A stretch of DNA of 64,000 bases from an uncultured Gemmatimonadales bacterium (GTDB taxonomy: Bacteria > Gemmatimonadota > Gemmatimonadetes > Gemmatimonadales > Gemmatimonadaceae). The stretch spans positions 32,001 to 96,000 of the forward strand of contig OY969695.1 in assembly GCA_963701965.1 (NCBI GenBank), written 5' to 3'. Below, piece by piece: positions 32,626-43,883 of this stretch. Made by a program: the position numbers and the translations under genes. Below the pieces are notes generated by a model. The model was given only the letters and a program-made list of their open reading frames with translations. It was not told where the DNA came from and did not search any database. Numbering within the stretch: the stretch's first letter is position 1; each line of letters starts with the position of its first letter.

Positions 32626-33795
32626 TCAACCGAGATCGCTCGGCAGCGTCGAATCGCGCTCTGCCTCGGCTCGGGCACGCGCCAGGGTCACGGTGAACAC
32701 TGTCGTCCCGGCACCTGAAACGACCTCCACACCACCGCCGTGGGCGACCGCGACTTCTTGCACGATGAAGAGTCCGAGACCCATATTCGAACGACCGGGT
32801 GACTCGGTGGTTGGCTCGCTATGGCCGCGCCGCAGGGGCTCAAAGAGAGAAGGCAGAAGGGCGTCCGGTATGGGCGCGCCCTGGTTGGTCACCGACAGAG
32901 CGACCTTGCCTTCGGTCCCGGAAAGCTTGACCGAGATCGCGGTTCCCTCAGCACCGTAGCGCGCCGCGTTGAACACAAGATTGGCGAGCGACTCGCGCAC
33001 GCGCGAGGCATCGAACTCCCCTTCGGTGACGCCTGACACGACGAGGTCAATCTGACGGCCCGGAAGGGCGGCGCGCACCACCGCGAGCTCCTCCTCACAC
33101 TCGGCGGCCAAGTCGACCTGCGACCGGCGAATGGCAATGCCCTGCCCGAGCGAGGAGCGGCTGTAGTCCAGCAAGCTGTCGAGCAGGTCCTGCATCCGCT
33201 TGCCGCTACGGATCAAGCGCTCGGTGTACGCGCTAGTCGGTCCGTCCGATGACAGTCGCGACAGAATCTCGGCAGTCAGCAGCACGGCGTTCAGCGGCCC
33301 GCGCAGGTCGTGTCCAAGCACTGCCAGGAAGATGTGACGCCAGCGATCCGCCTCGGCGGCGAACTGGACCACCGATTCGGCCAAGGCCTGATCGATGGCC
33401 TCGTTGAACCGCTCAATGTCGACGAAGGAGTCTTCATCGAGCACCTGACCGGGCGTCAGCCAAAGTCGAAGCACGGAAGAACGCAACGCTCGGTATTCCG
33501 AAACCGTCTGCGAGATAGAGAACCCACCCTTGGCCCGGAGCAGGGCGTGGGTCTGGGAGGCCGTTTCGGCACCCCCTCCCGCTGGAGGCGCTTTTCCCAA
33601 TGACTTCACGCGCGACTCCGTCGGCGTTTGCGGAGTCCTCAGGTCCTTGACGATCGCATCCAGAATCTTCGGCAGGTGACCGCGGAGTGCCGCCGCATCC
33701 AGGTGTCGGGCGGCGGGTTGCAGCGTCCTGGAGAAGTCTTCGGCAGCGGAAACGATCGGTTCCGCGTTGGACTCGATGAAGGAAGCGAGGCGCAT
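32626..33795 (-). CDS. cytoplasmic sensor histidine kinase with RsbRD-N-like domain
   Basis: LGHDLRGPL, NLVFNA, GLGLFIV; EYRALR and FNEAIDQ in the N-domain. Confidence 0.9.
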   Translation of the reverse strand: MRLASFIESNAEPIVSAAEDFSRTLQPAARHLDAAALRGHLPKILDAIVKDLRTPQTPTESRVKSLGKAPPAGGGAETASQTHALLRAKGGFSISQTVSEYRALRSSVLRLWLTPGQVLDEDSFVDIERFNEAIDQALAESVVQFAAEADRWRHIFLAVLGHDLRGPLNAVLLTAEILSRLSSDGPTSAYTERLIRSGKRMQDLLDSLLDYSRSSLGQGIAIRRSQVDLAAECEEELAVVRAALPGRQIDLVVSGVTEGEFDASRVRESLANLVFNAARYGAEGTAISVKLSGTEGKVALSVTNQGAPIPDALLPSLFEPLRRGHSEPTTESPGRSNMGLGLFIVQEVAVAHGGGVEVVSGAGTTVFTVTLARARAEAERDSTLPSDLG

Positions 33796-34039
33796 TGGTA
33801 TCTCGCCTGGGTGCAGTTGGCAACACTTGTTCCGCCGCGTGCCCTGAGCACGGTCTTGATTGTCGGCGACGCCCGCGTCCCCGGCAAACTCTGGAGGACT
33901 ACCGGACATTGGCTTGCTTCACCCGGACTCTTTCGCGGCAGACGGCGAGGTCGGCGGTGAGGATCCGACGGTTCCGGTTCCGGCCCGCCCGAGCGCCTTG
34001 CAATTGCTCGGTACGCCGGCCACGAATCAGCTCTACGAC

Positions 34040-34255
34040 TTACGATTTGTCGCCGGTACTGAAGTGGTTCCCCTGTTGGCGTCGTCGATCCTCGGCCTCC
34101 CAGCCTTCCCACCACGCGTCCATCTGGACTCGCCAGAGTTTGGGATCGCCGGCGACGAAACTCGCTGCGGTCGGCAGAAGCAGCGGATTGTCGCGATGCG
34201 TCTGCCCGGCCCGGCGAGCTTCGACGCCGAGTTCATACCAGTGGGATGGGTTCAT
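34040..34255 (-). CDS. small CrpP-related/RMF-like protein
   Basis: G..A.RAG....DNP...AWWEGW pattern; GGAGG RBS. Confidence 0.55.
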   Translation of the reverse strand: MNPSHWYELGVEARRAGQTHRDNPLLLPTAASFVAGDPKLWRVQMDAWWEGWEAEDRRRQQGNHFSTGDKS

Positions 34256-34291
34256 GATCGCCTCCGTCGACCACTTGTTTTGACGGCGGAA

Positions 34292-34381
34292 AATCTAGAG
34301 CCGCCCGTTCGCTTTTCAAGTCCGGAGTCGTCGCGTGATCCGGCGAACGAGACCCTTGAAACTGTTCGGCTAGCTCCTAAT
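34292..34381. promoter_or_regulatory. divergent sigma32-like promoters
   Basis: Plus strand CTTGAAA...CTCCTAAT (34355-34381) before hsp20; minus strand CTTGAAA...CTCTAGAT (34320-34293). Confidence 0.5.
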
Positions 34382-34429
34382 TCGAGGCCGCAGGCAGGAT
34401 GCCTGCGCTTTTCGCGAAAGGAGTGAACG

Positions 34430-34885
34430 ATGTACCCATCCATGCTGAAGCCGTCTGGCGACCTGTTCGCCGATTTCGCGGCGCTGCAGGATCGTGTCGA
34501 CGAGCTGCTCGGAACTGGCCGCAGCTCATCGAGTATCCGAGCAGTGGCGCGCGCGGGCGCCTTTCCCGCGCTCAACATCGGTACCTGGGCCGAGGCGCTT
34601 GAAATCTATGCCTTTGCGCCAGGCGTCGATCCCGGGTCAGTCGAGGTATCGGTCGAAAAGGGCCTGCTGACCCTTTCCGGCACCCGCGCGACGCAGGTGG
34701 CGACCAGCAAGGACGCCTCCATCTACGCCAACGAGCGGTTCGATGGCCGCTTTCGCCGCGTCGTTTCCCTGCCCGACGATTCGGACCCGGCGCGGGTCGA
34801 GGCGAGCTATCGCAATGGCGTCCTCAAGGTCGTCGTGCCTCGTCTCGAATCCGCCAAGCCGCGGCAAATCGCCATCACGTCCTGA
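34430..34885 (+). CDS. Hsp20/alpha-crystallin family protein
   Basis: FPALNI, NERFDGRFRRVVSLP, ASYRNGVL. Confidence 0.93.
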   Translation: MYPSMLKPSGDLFADFAALQDRVDELLGTGRSSSSIRAVARAGAFPALNIGTWAEALEIYAFAPGVDPGSVEVSVEKGLLTLSGTRATQVATSKDASIYANERFDGRFRRVVSLPDDSDPARVEASYRNGVLKVVVPRLESAKPRQIAITS

Positions 34886-34911
34886 CCCACTGGGAACATC
34901 GGAGGCCCATC

Positions 34912-35277
34912 ATGCAAACCAACAGCAATAGCCAAGGCACCGAGCCGGCGCTGCTGCCGCCGGTCGACATCGTCGAAGACTCCACCGGGATCACGCTCAC
35001 GGCCGACCTGCCGGGAATCGCGAAGGAGGACCTGTCCATCGGCGTCGACGGCCGAACGCTGACCGTCGAGGCACCGCTTCGCCTGGGCGAGGCCAACGCA
35101 CTCGTTTCGGTCTACGCCGAGTTTCGTGCCAACCACTACCGGCGCAGCTTCGAGCTCAGCAGCGAGCTGGATACCGGCTCGATCGATGCCACGCTGAAGG
35201 ATGGCGTGCTCACCTTGCGGCTGCCGAAGCAGGAACGCGCCAAGCCACGACGGATCGAGGTTCAGGTCGCGAAGTAA
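34912..35277 (+). CDS. Hsp20/alpha-crystallin family protein
   Basis: PPVDIVE, ADLPG, LKDGVLTL, KPRRIEV. Confidence 0.93.
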   Translation: MQTNSNSQGTEPALLPPVDIVEDSTGITLTADLPGIAKEDLSIGVDGRTLTVEAPLRLGEANALVSVYAEFRANHYRRSFELSSELDTGSIDATLKDGVLTLRLPKQERAKPRRIEVQVAK

Positions 35278-35781
35278 GCCAATCGGGGTAAGGGTGAAGG
35301 TTCGTCGCGTCGGCCTTCGGCCTCGTCAAGCGAAACCGATCGGGGCGAGACCGCCGACGAGGTGTATCGCCGCGCCCTGCGTGGCAACACGCCGGGACGC
35401 GAGCGCGACGCCAAACCTGGCAAGGCTTGGCTTCTCGCGTCGGATCCTCCGCGGGCGGCTCCTAGAGCGCGTGACGGCATAGCGTGGGCGGAGAGATGAC
35501 CCAGCGACCGGTCGTCGTCGGCCGGTGATGCCGTGTCCTGCCCGACGTCATCGGTCGCCTGTTCAGGGGCGTGCTTCCGATCACGCCTCTCGCGGGGACG
35601 GGTGGCCGAGGTCGTCGGACTCCTTGATGGGGCGTTGTCATCGCGCCGGATCGGTCGCTTGTCGCCGTTGGGAGCGATCTGTTCGCGCTTGGCCGCAGAA
35701 CATCCGCGCCTGCCTTCGCGCGCCGTGCGCCTGTGCGAGTCCGAAAGCATCGAGCGATTCACCCCTGGAAGCCGGGGCGAT

Positions 35782-36063
35782 CTATCGAGGCCGCGCGAGA
35801 TGCCCCTCAACCGCCTCGACGAGCGGCCCCGAATGCCTGACAGCCGCACGGAGTTGAGCCTCGTCGCAGTCGAGCGTGCTGCACCATTTCCGCACCGCGG
35901 CTTCATCCTCGAGGTCGATCCGGGCTTGGGAAATGGCAGTCGGAAAGGGAAATGCATCCGGCGTCGTGCCGAATGAGCGCCGGCCACGCCCCGCTTTTGC
36001 CAGATGGCTGTAGGCCGTCCAGCCGAGGACGGCGGCCAGTGCATAAACGAGACTCTTCATCAT
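35782..36063 (-). CDS. DUF3606-domain protein
   Basis: RIDLEDEAAVRKWCSTLDCDEAQLRAAV. Confidence 0.7.
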   Translation of the reverse strand: MMKSLVYALAAVLGWTAYSHLAKAGRGRRSFGTTPDAFPFPTAISQARIDLEDEAAVRKWCSTLDCDEAQLRAAVRHSGPLVEAVEGHLARPR

Positions 36064-36232
36064 TGGGTCTTTCGGGGCTTGAGAGAACTAAGGCCTTCGC
36101 GAGGCTCGCCGTTATGGCAACTCGCATGCCGGCCTCGCGCATCTAAACATCCACAGCGAGCGCCGTCGCGGTACACGGTGCGATGCATTGCTGCGCCGCA
36201 AGGCTTGGCCTCTCCTTTGCCGAAGTCGCTCC

Positions 36233-36433
36233 ATGAACTCCTCGGCAGCACCCGGTGAACGACGTCGCCTCCTCGAACAGAGGCTCATGGAAGTGGTGGT
36301 GGCTCTACGGAAGGACCACGGCGAGGGCAACATGACGCTTCGGGTGCCCGACACGGGCGATTTCATCGCGATCTTGCAAATCGACGATGACGACGCTCGC
36401 GGCTTGGCAGACTTGCTCGGTCGCCCGTGGTAG
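36233..36433 (+). CDS. small hypothetical protein
   Basis: Short ORF with protein-like composition only. Confidence 0.4.
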   Translation: MNSSAAPGERRRLLEQRLMEVVVALRKDHGEGNMTLRVPDTGDFIAILQIDDDDARGLADLLGRPW

Positions 36434-36705
36434 CGCCGGTCCTCGGCCCAGTCCGCCACTAACTGGTCGACAGCAGTCGATCGTGGCCGGGACGGTTCTT
36501 GAACGAGCCCGGCGCGAGGGTGGTGTTTGTCAGCTCTTTGGTTTGGCGTTCGCCCTGTCGCAAGCCTCGCCGCGATTCTTGCTGTTGCCGCCGTCTATGT
36601 CGTCTTCGCCGCGGAATACCGTCGAAAGGGTCATCGACTCGATTCCGATCGGGAGCGGCTATTGCCGACGGCCTGCAGCGAGCCTTCGGTCCACCCAAGG
36701 AAATC

Positions 36706-36920
36706 ATGTCCATCCTAGACAAAATCATCGCCGCCGTCGTACCCGAGCCGACTCCCCAGGAGCGCGCCGAATGCCGCAGGAAGGCCCGCGCCCTCAGCGG
36801 TGGCAGCGGCTGGCTGGCCCAGGTCCTCGATCATCATGAGCAGGTCGAGACGGCTTTCCAAGCCGTCAGGGACGCATCCACCGCGGCGGCGAGGCGCAAG
36901 GCGCAAAAGTGGCTCGGTAT
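36706..36920 (+). pseudogene. 5' fragment of a hemerythrin-domain protein
   Basis: MSILDKIIAAV...WLAQVLDHH...; similarity appears to end after KWLG. Confidence 0.6.
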
Positions 36921-37012
36921 TCAGGTTCGCACAACACGAGCCCAGGACCGCCGACTAGCGCCGAACACCGTCGCTCGCCGGGGCTGATATCAATCGCGGT
37001 ACGCGTCGTGCC

Positions 37013-38008
37013 ATGGCTTCGCTTCAAGGAAAGACGCGAATCGGCATCTCGGGCTGGCGCTACGAGCCTTGGCGCGGCGCGTTCTATCCACCGGGTCTGA
37101 GACAGCGAAGCGAGCTGGCCTTCGCCTCCCGGATGCTGCCGACGATCGAAATCAACGGCTCGTTCTATTCCCTCCAGCGACCGGAGTCGTACGCGGCTTG
37201 GCACGACGAGACTCCCCCAGGATTCATGTTCTCCGTAAAGGGATCACGCTACATCACCCACATGCTAAAGCTGCACAACGTGGAAACGCCGCTTGCCAAC
37301 TTCTTCGCCTCGGGCGTGCTGCGCCTCGGCGCAAAACTCGGCCCGATCCTCTGGCAGTTCCCGCCGCAGCTCGGCTTCGACGAGGAGCGCTTTGAATCCT
37401 TCTTCGCGCTGCTGCCACGAGATACCGAACGGGCCTCGACGCTGGCGCGAGCTCATGACGAGCGGCTCCAAGGGCGCGCGTGGCTCGCCGTAAACGCGAA
37501 CCGGGTCCTCCGCCACGCCGTCGAGGTGCGTCATGCCACGTTTGCCGATCCGCGTTTCATTGCGATGCTTCGCCGCCATCGCATCGCCTTGGTGGTTGCC
37601 GACACGGCCGGTCGATGGCCGCTCCTGGAGGACCTCACTGCCGACTTCGTCTATGTACGCTTGCACGGTGACAAGGAGCTTTATGCCAGCGGCTACAGCG
37701 ATTCTGCGCTCGACGACTGGGCGCGGCGCATCGAAGCTTGGCGCCGCGGGTCCGAGGTCGTCGATGCCCGGCTGGTTACGACCAAGCGGGCGCGCACACG
37801 CGCCTGCCGTGACGTGTATTGCTATTTCGACAACGACGTGAAAGTGCACGCGCCATACGATGCGGCGCATCTGGCCGCTCGTTTAGGCGTGGCCGTCGGT
37901 CTGGATTCGAACGGTCGGTCCATGCCACCAAAGGGAATGGCACTCCCGCGCGCGCGTTCGCCTTCTTTTTCTTCCGCGCGTCAGCGACGGGCGGCAGCCG
38001 ATGGCTAA
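37013..38008 (+). CDS. DUF72 family protein
   Basis: RIGISGWRY, IEINGSFY, YVRLHG, YFDND. Confidence 0.92.
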   Translation: MASLQGKTRIGISGWRYEPWRGAFYPPGLRQRSELAFASRMLPTIEINGSFYSLQRPESYAAWHDETPPGFMFSVKGSRYITHMLKLHNVETPLANFFASGVLRLGAKLGPILWQFPPQLGFDEERFESFFALLPRDTERASTLARAHDERLQGRAWLAVNANRVLRHAVEVRHATFADPRFIAMLRRHRIALVVADTAGRWPLLEDLTADFVYVRLHGDKELYASGYSDSALDDWARRIEAWRRGSEVVDARLVTTKRARTRACRDVYCYFDNDVKVHAPYDAAHLAARLGVAVGLDSNGRSMPPKGMALPRARSPSFSSARQRRAAADG

Positions 38009-38049
38009 GGCCTTGAGATCGCTCGTCGCTCGCCTATAAATGCGAAGGC

Positions 38050-38817
38050 TCAAGCGAGGTCCACCCACACGGGTGCATGGTCGCTCGGCTTCTCCCGACT
38101 CCGGTATTCGGAGTCCACGCCGGCACGGACGAGGCGTCGTGCCAAGAGGGGACTGAGCAACAGAAAATCCATGCGAAAGCCGGCGTTGCGGCGGAATGCA
38201 TGGGTGTTGACCCAAAACGTATAGATTCGTTCGTGCGGAAAAAGGTGCCGGCTCGCATCGACCCAGCCCTGAGCCAGCAATCGACGATAGGCAGCGCGAG
38301 TCTCCGGCTGCAACACCGCGTCCAGCTGCCATATCCACGCGTTATAGATGTCGGCGTCCGTCGGCACAACGTTGAAGTCCCCGGCGAGCACGACCCCGGA
38401 TTCTTCGGCAAGCAGCCCGCGGGCGTGCGCGATCAGCCGTTCGAACCAAGCCAGTTTGTAGTCAAACTTGGGGCCAGGCTGAGGGTTGCCGTTCGGCAGG
38501 TAGACCGACGCCACCCGCACACCGTAGACCTCGGCCTCGAGGTATCGGGCCTGCAAGTCAAAGTCGTCTCCCGGCAGCCCGCGTCGGATCTCGCGCGGCA
38601 CGCTCTGGCGCGCGAGGATGGCAACGCCGTGATGCGCCCGCTGACCGTGCGACAAGACGCCGTAACCCGCCGCCTCGATCGCCTTGATGGGGAACCGCTC
38701 GTCCCCGGTCTTGATTTCCTGAAGGCACGCTATATCCGGCTGAGTCTCCTCGAGCCACTCGACGAGGACAGGAAGACGTCCATTGACGCCGTTCACATTG
38801 AAGGTCGCGATCTTCAT
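38050..38817 (-). CDS. xth: exodeoxyribonuclease III
   Basis: MKIATFNVNG, LQEIK, YLPNG, GDFN, SDHAPV. Confidence 0.93.
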   Translation of the reverse strand: MKIATFNVNGVNGRLPVLVEWLEETQPDIACLQEIKTGDERFPIKAIEAAGYGVLSHGQRAHHGVAILARQSVPREIRRGLPGDDFDLQARYLEAEVYGVRVASVYLPNGNPQPGPKFDYKLAWFERLIAHARGLLAEESGVVLAGDFNVVPTDADIYNAWIWQLDAVLQPETRAAYRRLLAQGWVDASRHLFPHERIYTFWVNTHAFRRNAGFRMDFLLLSPLLARRLVRAGVDSEYRSREKPSDHAPVWVDLA

Positions 38818-39517
38818 GAATCGACGAATTTCAATGTCGAATGCATGCGCAACTCAACCGCGTGATTGGACGTTCACTCTTCCGCGACCCTGCGGGCCGG
38901 TCTGTCCGGCGATACAGGGTAGGCACTCGCCCGTTCTGGTGGTGTTCTGCGATCGAGCCAAGCCACACTTCAAACAGAAGTGCGTTGTAGGTCCTGCACC
39001 AGTCTGGCGAAGACGCACTCCGCGTCGAACGCTGACGTCTTCGTGCCGTCTTGCGACCCGAGTCGGTCACCTTCGGGCGATTCACATGCCGTATCGCTCG
39101 CGAGGCGGCGCCGGCGAGCGTGTGTTGCCGCACGTGCCGCGATCAGGCGATTCGATTCGGCGATCACCGCTTGGCGGGTCCCTGGGGTCATGTAGTAGCG
39201 ATGCATGAAAGCGAATCGATAGTGACGATGGAGAGACGCTACCGAGAAGCGAAGTCGTGGGCCGTCCGCCTTGAGCGCTGGTCGCTGTCAGACAAGAACG
39301 CGTGGATATGTCCCCCAAGCAGGGGGGCGAGAAATAGCTAACACGCGAGTCGCGCTCGGAATTCGGAGTGGGTGGCTGAGGGCGTCTCCCTTCGGCCATC
39401 ATCTTCCTCGCGCCCTAGAAGCCGGAATGAACAACTCATCGGTGCTCGAGGAACACGGCGTCGAGCCCAGGAGAGCAGAATCCGACCGTCACGCTTTTCG
39501 TGAGGTGGATGCCACAA

Positions 39518-39913
39518 GTGGCTACCGTCCTGGACAAAGAACTCAAGCGGCAAGTCACGGTCGACGGTGCCGCGTACACGGTTGCTGTCGACCCCGAAGG
39601 CATTCGGTTGACTGGCAAAGGCAAGAGAAGGTCGGAAGTGGAGTTGCGCTGGCACGATCTCTTGAGCGGTGAAGCTGCCATGGCTGTTGCCCTAAACGCT
39701 TCTCTCGCGAAGCGACAGATACCCACCAAACCCGAAACCGAACAGTCACCCGATCTAGCCAGCAAGCGCGTGCCAAGGAAGCGAAACGCCCTAGCAGCGT
39801 GGCTCTGCGTGGTCCGGCGGTCGCGACGCAAGCTCGTTTGTGGTTTGCAAGGAGACGGCCATGCCGGCAGGACCGATTACCGTCAACATCCCTCACCAGC
39901 TCGGCCGCGCTGA
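39518..39913 (+). CDS. conserved hypothetical protein, true end uncertain
   Basis: ATVLDKELKRQV...LTGKGKRR...LRWHDLLSG...LNASL. Confidence 0.55.
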   Translation: MATVLDKELKRQVTVDGAAYTVAVDPEGIRLTGKGKRRSEVELRWHDLLSGEAAMAVALNASLAKRQIPTKPETEQSPDLASKRVPRKRNALAAWLCVVRRSRRKLVCGLQGDGHAGRTDYRQHPSPARPR

Positions 39914-40175
39914 GGCGCACCGCCGCATCGAGACCGGTTTCGGGAAGATCATTAACGGGTTGCCCGGCGGCGCCGGCACCTGCAGCAAACGCTGGGACGG
40001 CGACCGTCTGATCTTCAATGTCAGGGCGATGGGTCAGACCGTTGCCGGTGTCATCAATGTCCTCGACGCCGCGGTCGCGATGGAGATTGAGCTTCCTGGC
40101 GTGTTCGGCATGATCGCTAGCGGCCTCAAGGACCGGCTTCAGAAGCTGGGACAACGGCTCCTGACGAAGGAGTAG
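39861..40175 (+). CDS. polyhydroxyalkanoic acid system family protein
   Basis: IPHQLGRAEAHRRI, WDGDRL; AGGAG RBS. Confidence 0.8.
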   Translation: MPAGPITVNIPHQLGRAEAHRRIETGFGKIINGLPGGAGTCSKRWDGDRLIFNVRAMGQTVAGVINVLDAAVAMEIELPGVFGMIASGLKDRLQKLGQRLLTKE

Positions 40176-40209
40176 CCGGCCGGTTCGCGCGTGGGCTCAG
40201 AACGCCGCG

Positions 40210-40906
40210 ATGGCGATCTTGCCTGAGCCTCATGCCGGTTCGCTGGATCGTTTTCCTGCCGAAGTTTGGGTTTCGCGAGGGCTTGCTCTGCTGCGGATCG
40301 TTGCTGGCTACCTATTCCTGCCGCACGGCAGTGCCAAGTTCTTGGGTTTCCCCATGTCGCGTCCGAGGGACGACCAGCGTTGGCAGCGCGAACCCGCCTC
40401 GTCACAATGCGTGATGCCGATAAGCGTCGAACACGAACGGCTCCGTCAGGCAGCCGTGGATCTGCTCGAACCGGATGTCTTCGAGAGCACGTCCTACGAC
40501 GACATCACAAGGCGGGCGGCCGAGCGTGTGCGGCTCCCGTAGCCATCATTACCGTCATCGATGGCAACAGCCAGCTTTTCAGGTCGCGCGTCGGAACCGA
40601 GCTCATGAGCCGGCCGCGCAAACTGACCTTTTGCACGCACGCTCTGCGAAACCCCGAGCAGGTCACACTGGTCGAAGACGCTTCGATGGACCCGCGATTC
40701 GCCGACACTCGGTCGTGACCGATGCTCCAGGGATCCGCTTCTATGCAGGTGTACCTCTCATGTATCACGGGCAGGCGATTGGCACGCTCTGCGTCTTCGA
40801 CGTCAAGCCGAGGACGCTCGAGCCGAAGCAAGTCGACGAACTCCGTTTTCTGGCCAACCAGGTAATGGAAGCTTTGCAAGCCCGCCAGGCGCCTGAGCCT
40901 CGGTAG
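40210..40906 (+). pseudogene. DoxX 5' fragment joined to a frameshifted GAF-domain gene
   Basis: LLRIVAGYLFLPHGSAKFLGFP, then FCTHAL, DPRFAD and IRFYAGVPL...IGTLCVFD. Confidence 0.7.
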
Positions 40907-40936
40907 TTTCGAGCAGGCCACCAGTTCAGTTGCCGC

Positions 40937-41143
40937 ATGGACAAGGCGTGGTGGATCGATCAGTTCGTATTGCACATGGCCGAGCTCGGCAACACATCGG
41001 CCCGGCTTGGCGAGATGGCTGAGAGGCTCTGGCCTCATCTTGGCGACCTCGATCCCGTGAAGGTCGCTCAAGGGCAGCATGCCATCGGCGATTCGCGGCC
41101 CGGTGTCTTCCCGGACACCGAGCCCGAGCGGCGCGAACGGTGA
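40937..41143 (+). CDS. small hypothetical protein
   Basis: Protein-like [13 protein letters not shown]... Confidence 0.45.
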   Translation: MDKAWWIDQFVLHMAELGNTSARLGEMAERLWPHLGDLDPVKVAQGQHAIGDSRPGVFPDTEPERRER

Positions 41144-41408
41144 GGTAGGTCTGATTCACCGAACAGTGTCTCCTCGAAGTCACGCATCCGACCGTTGCCG
41201 TCGGCCACTTCAGAACGGGGAGCGGCACCAAGGCAGAGGGTGCCGACCCTCCTGTTATCGCCGCCCCAGAGTTGATCTCCACCGCAGCGCCCCAAGAACT
41301 CCCGCAGAACCGCGTCCTTGCGTGCGCTTAGTTCAACTCCGCCTGTTGTCCTACTGCGGCTCTCGAGGCAACTCCCTACCCTTTGCACTTTACCTCCAGG
41401 GGTTTGCA

Positions 41409-41891
41409 ATGAAGTACTTGGTCAATTCCGTTTTCCTCTTCGGCTCGCTCGCCGTTTCGAGCGCGTTCGCCGCGGCCCCCGCCGACGCTCCGGCCGGAAG
41501 CATGGGGATGTGCAAGGACGGCACTTACTCGACGGCGACCGACAAGAAAGGCGCTTGTAGTGGGCACAAGGGGGTGAAGGAGTGGTACGCCGACGCCCCG
41601 CAAACGAAGGCTCCCGTCAGTGAAAGGGCTCCAACAGCGCAGCCTTCCACGACCTCGACGTCAGTGAGCGCCGCGCCCACAACGCCGGCAGTCACCAGTC
41701 ACACTTCCGGCTCACCCGCCGAGGTAGCTGCTGGTGGTGGGCCTGGCAAGGTCTGGGCAAACACGAGCACCAAGGTCTATCACTGCCAAGGTGCCAAGTA
41801 CTACGGCACGACCAAGCACGGTGAGTACATGTCCGAAGCTGACGCTAAGTCCAAGGGCTACCACGCTGACCACGGCAAGGCGTGCGCTTAG
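41409..41891 (+). CDS. exported DUF3761-like protein with C-terminal VWANT...YHC domain
   Basis: Signal peptide; CKDGTYS...GACSGHKGV. Confidence 0.8.
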   Translation: MKYLVNSVFLFGSLAVSSAFAAAPADAPAGSMGMCKDGTYSTATDKKGACSGHKGVKEWYADAPQTKAPVSERAPTAQPSTTSTSVSAAPTTPAVTSHTSGSPAEVAAGGGPGKVWANTSTKVYHCQGAKYYGTTKHGEYMSEADAKSKGYHADHGKACA

Positions 41892-42842
41892 CCATGACTT
41901 CGTCCCGACGGATTCTTTGCTCATAGCGACACTGCCGTCTTCTCTGCCGCGCCAAGCGAACCGGAGCGCCGTTCGGCGCGACTCCGCCAGGAGCTAGCGG
42001 CCCGCGCTGAGGCGAGGGCGGCCGGTACCACGGTGTTGCGCGCACGCTGCAGGGGCTGAGCCAATGTCGCGAGTCCCGGTCGAATGCCCGCGTGGTCAGA
42101 GCCAGCCGGCGATTCCGACCAAGCCGAGCACGAAGTAGCCGGCGAGCGCGACGATCAAGGTTGCCTCGATGCGTCGCAGCCAGCGGCCTGTCGGCGGCAG
42201 CCAGGTCGGCGCCTCATGTCACCCGTTGGCTATCGACTGCCGGCTCGGCGGCGCGGAGCAGCTCCGGCTCGAGTTGCGGCGCGACGACGACAGCGGGAGC
42301 CTTTGCCGTCTTGCGCCGGACTTCAGCCTCGCAGGTGCCGCCGCTGTCGAATGCGACGAAGACGCTGGCTTGCGGAAGGGAGAGCGATGATTTGAGAAAC
42401 ATGAGCCTCTTTCATTGTCGTGACAGACGAATGGAAAGAGAAAGGTCGGCGTGTGATGCGTGAGCGATCGGCTCGGCGTGTCTCTAACACCATCCCTGGG
42501 CAGCGCCGATCGGTGCGGCCCGTCGATGTGCTTCCAGCTCGCGCCGGGTGCCCATCTCCTGGTGGTCGCCGCACCCTGCGAGTCGACCGTCGCGGCACAG
42601 TTGTGTCGCAACGAAGACGATTCTGGAGAGGCCGCGCCAATTGCGTCGGCAAACATTCGTGAGCGAAAGTACGCGCGGAACGCGAGCCATCGAGAGGCGC
42701 GCAATGCACCACGCGGCGCAATCAACAAGACCTCGCAGGTACACCAACGATGAGGCCAGCCCTTGGCCATCGCGTGCTACGCAGGCATGGGAGGGTGATC
42801 GGCGGCTTGCGCGGTTCTATGGTCCATGCCACGCGCCGGTGT

Positions 42843-43109
42843 TTAAGGTGTTCCTACCCCAGAGGCGGTGGCCGCCGCCGACGATGGCATCGGCATCCCC
42901 GCTGGAGCGGATGCCAGAGCCTCGGCCGGCGTGGGCGGCGCGCTCGCGACAACCGACGCGGAGGGCAGCGACGGATCTGAAGCCGGCGTCGCGAGGGCGC
43001 TGGCAGGCGCCGGAGTCGAGACGGAAGGTCCACCTTCCTGCGGCTGCTTGGAGCAGGCGGCCAGCGCCAACAACACAGCAAATGACAGAAGGAGCGGAGG
43101 GGACTTCAT
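42843..43109 (-). CDS. small Pro/Ala-rich lipoprotein
   Basis: Lipobox LAAC. Confidence 0.7.
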   Translation of the reverse strand: MKSPPLLLSFAVLLALAACSKQPQEGGPSVSTPAPASALATPASDPSLPSASVVASAPPTPAEALASAPAGMPMPSSAAATASGVGTP

Positions 43110-43400
43110 GGTTCGGCTTTCTCGAAGTCCTCAACGTTACTCCATCGCCGTCTCGCATGCAGCATCCCGCTAGTCGTCGTGTGTCGGGCGCCGGTGCGGC
43201 CGCTCTAGGGTTTTCACAAGCCCGCGTCGAGGGCATTCAGGGAACGAACGAGCACGCCGATTGCCAAGACGATTTCGAGCGGCGGGCAACGCTTCTTGAC
43301 GATCCGGTTCTCGGCGATCGGTAGCACGCTCGACTCCGACGCCATGACGCCCAAACCCTCGTCGGTGACGATGTAGCGCGCCGGCCTGAGCCCTTGGAGC

Positions 43401-43637
43401 TCACTCGGCGTGCGGATGCGGATCGGAGACTAACTTTGAACCGTCTGCTGCTGTCGTGCACTCGTCGACCTGCTCGAAGGGGCCATCTTCCGTTTCACGC
43501 CACGACAGGGTGCCGGCGATGCGTTCGGCCTCCGCATAGGCAGCGGCTTCCTGCTCGGTCAATCCGACTGTCGTCCGACGGATGCAGCCGAGCTGGACGT
43601 CCCGGTAGCGCCAGCGCCAGCACTCAACTCTTTTCAT
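43401..43637 (-). CDS. small hypothetical protein
   Basis: MKRVECWRWRYRD...; sigma54 motif upstream. Confidence 0.55.
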   Translation of the reverse strand: MKRVECWRWRYRDVQLGCIRRTTVGLTEQEAAAYAEAERIAGTLSWRETEDGPFEQVDECTTAADGSKLVSDPHPHAE

Positions 43638-43883
43638 TCGGTGCCTGCGGAAAATCGAAAGTCGACCGGCACCGGCAAGCGTTGTGCCGAGATCCGTCGG
43701 CCGGTAGCCGAGCGGCGTGTAGGCGGTGATCCACAGCGATGTGCCGAACTGGACGCGCTGGTCGGCGATCGGCGTTCGCGATAAATCGACCGACCCTCCG
43801 TACCGTCAAAGCCCATCCCACATGACGATGGAACAAATGCAACGCGCTTGTCAAACGACAAGCGTCGAACTTATCGACCGCGG

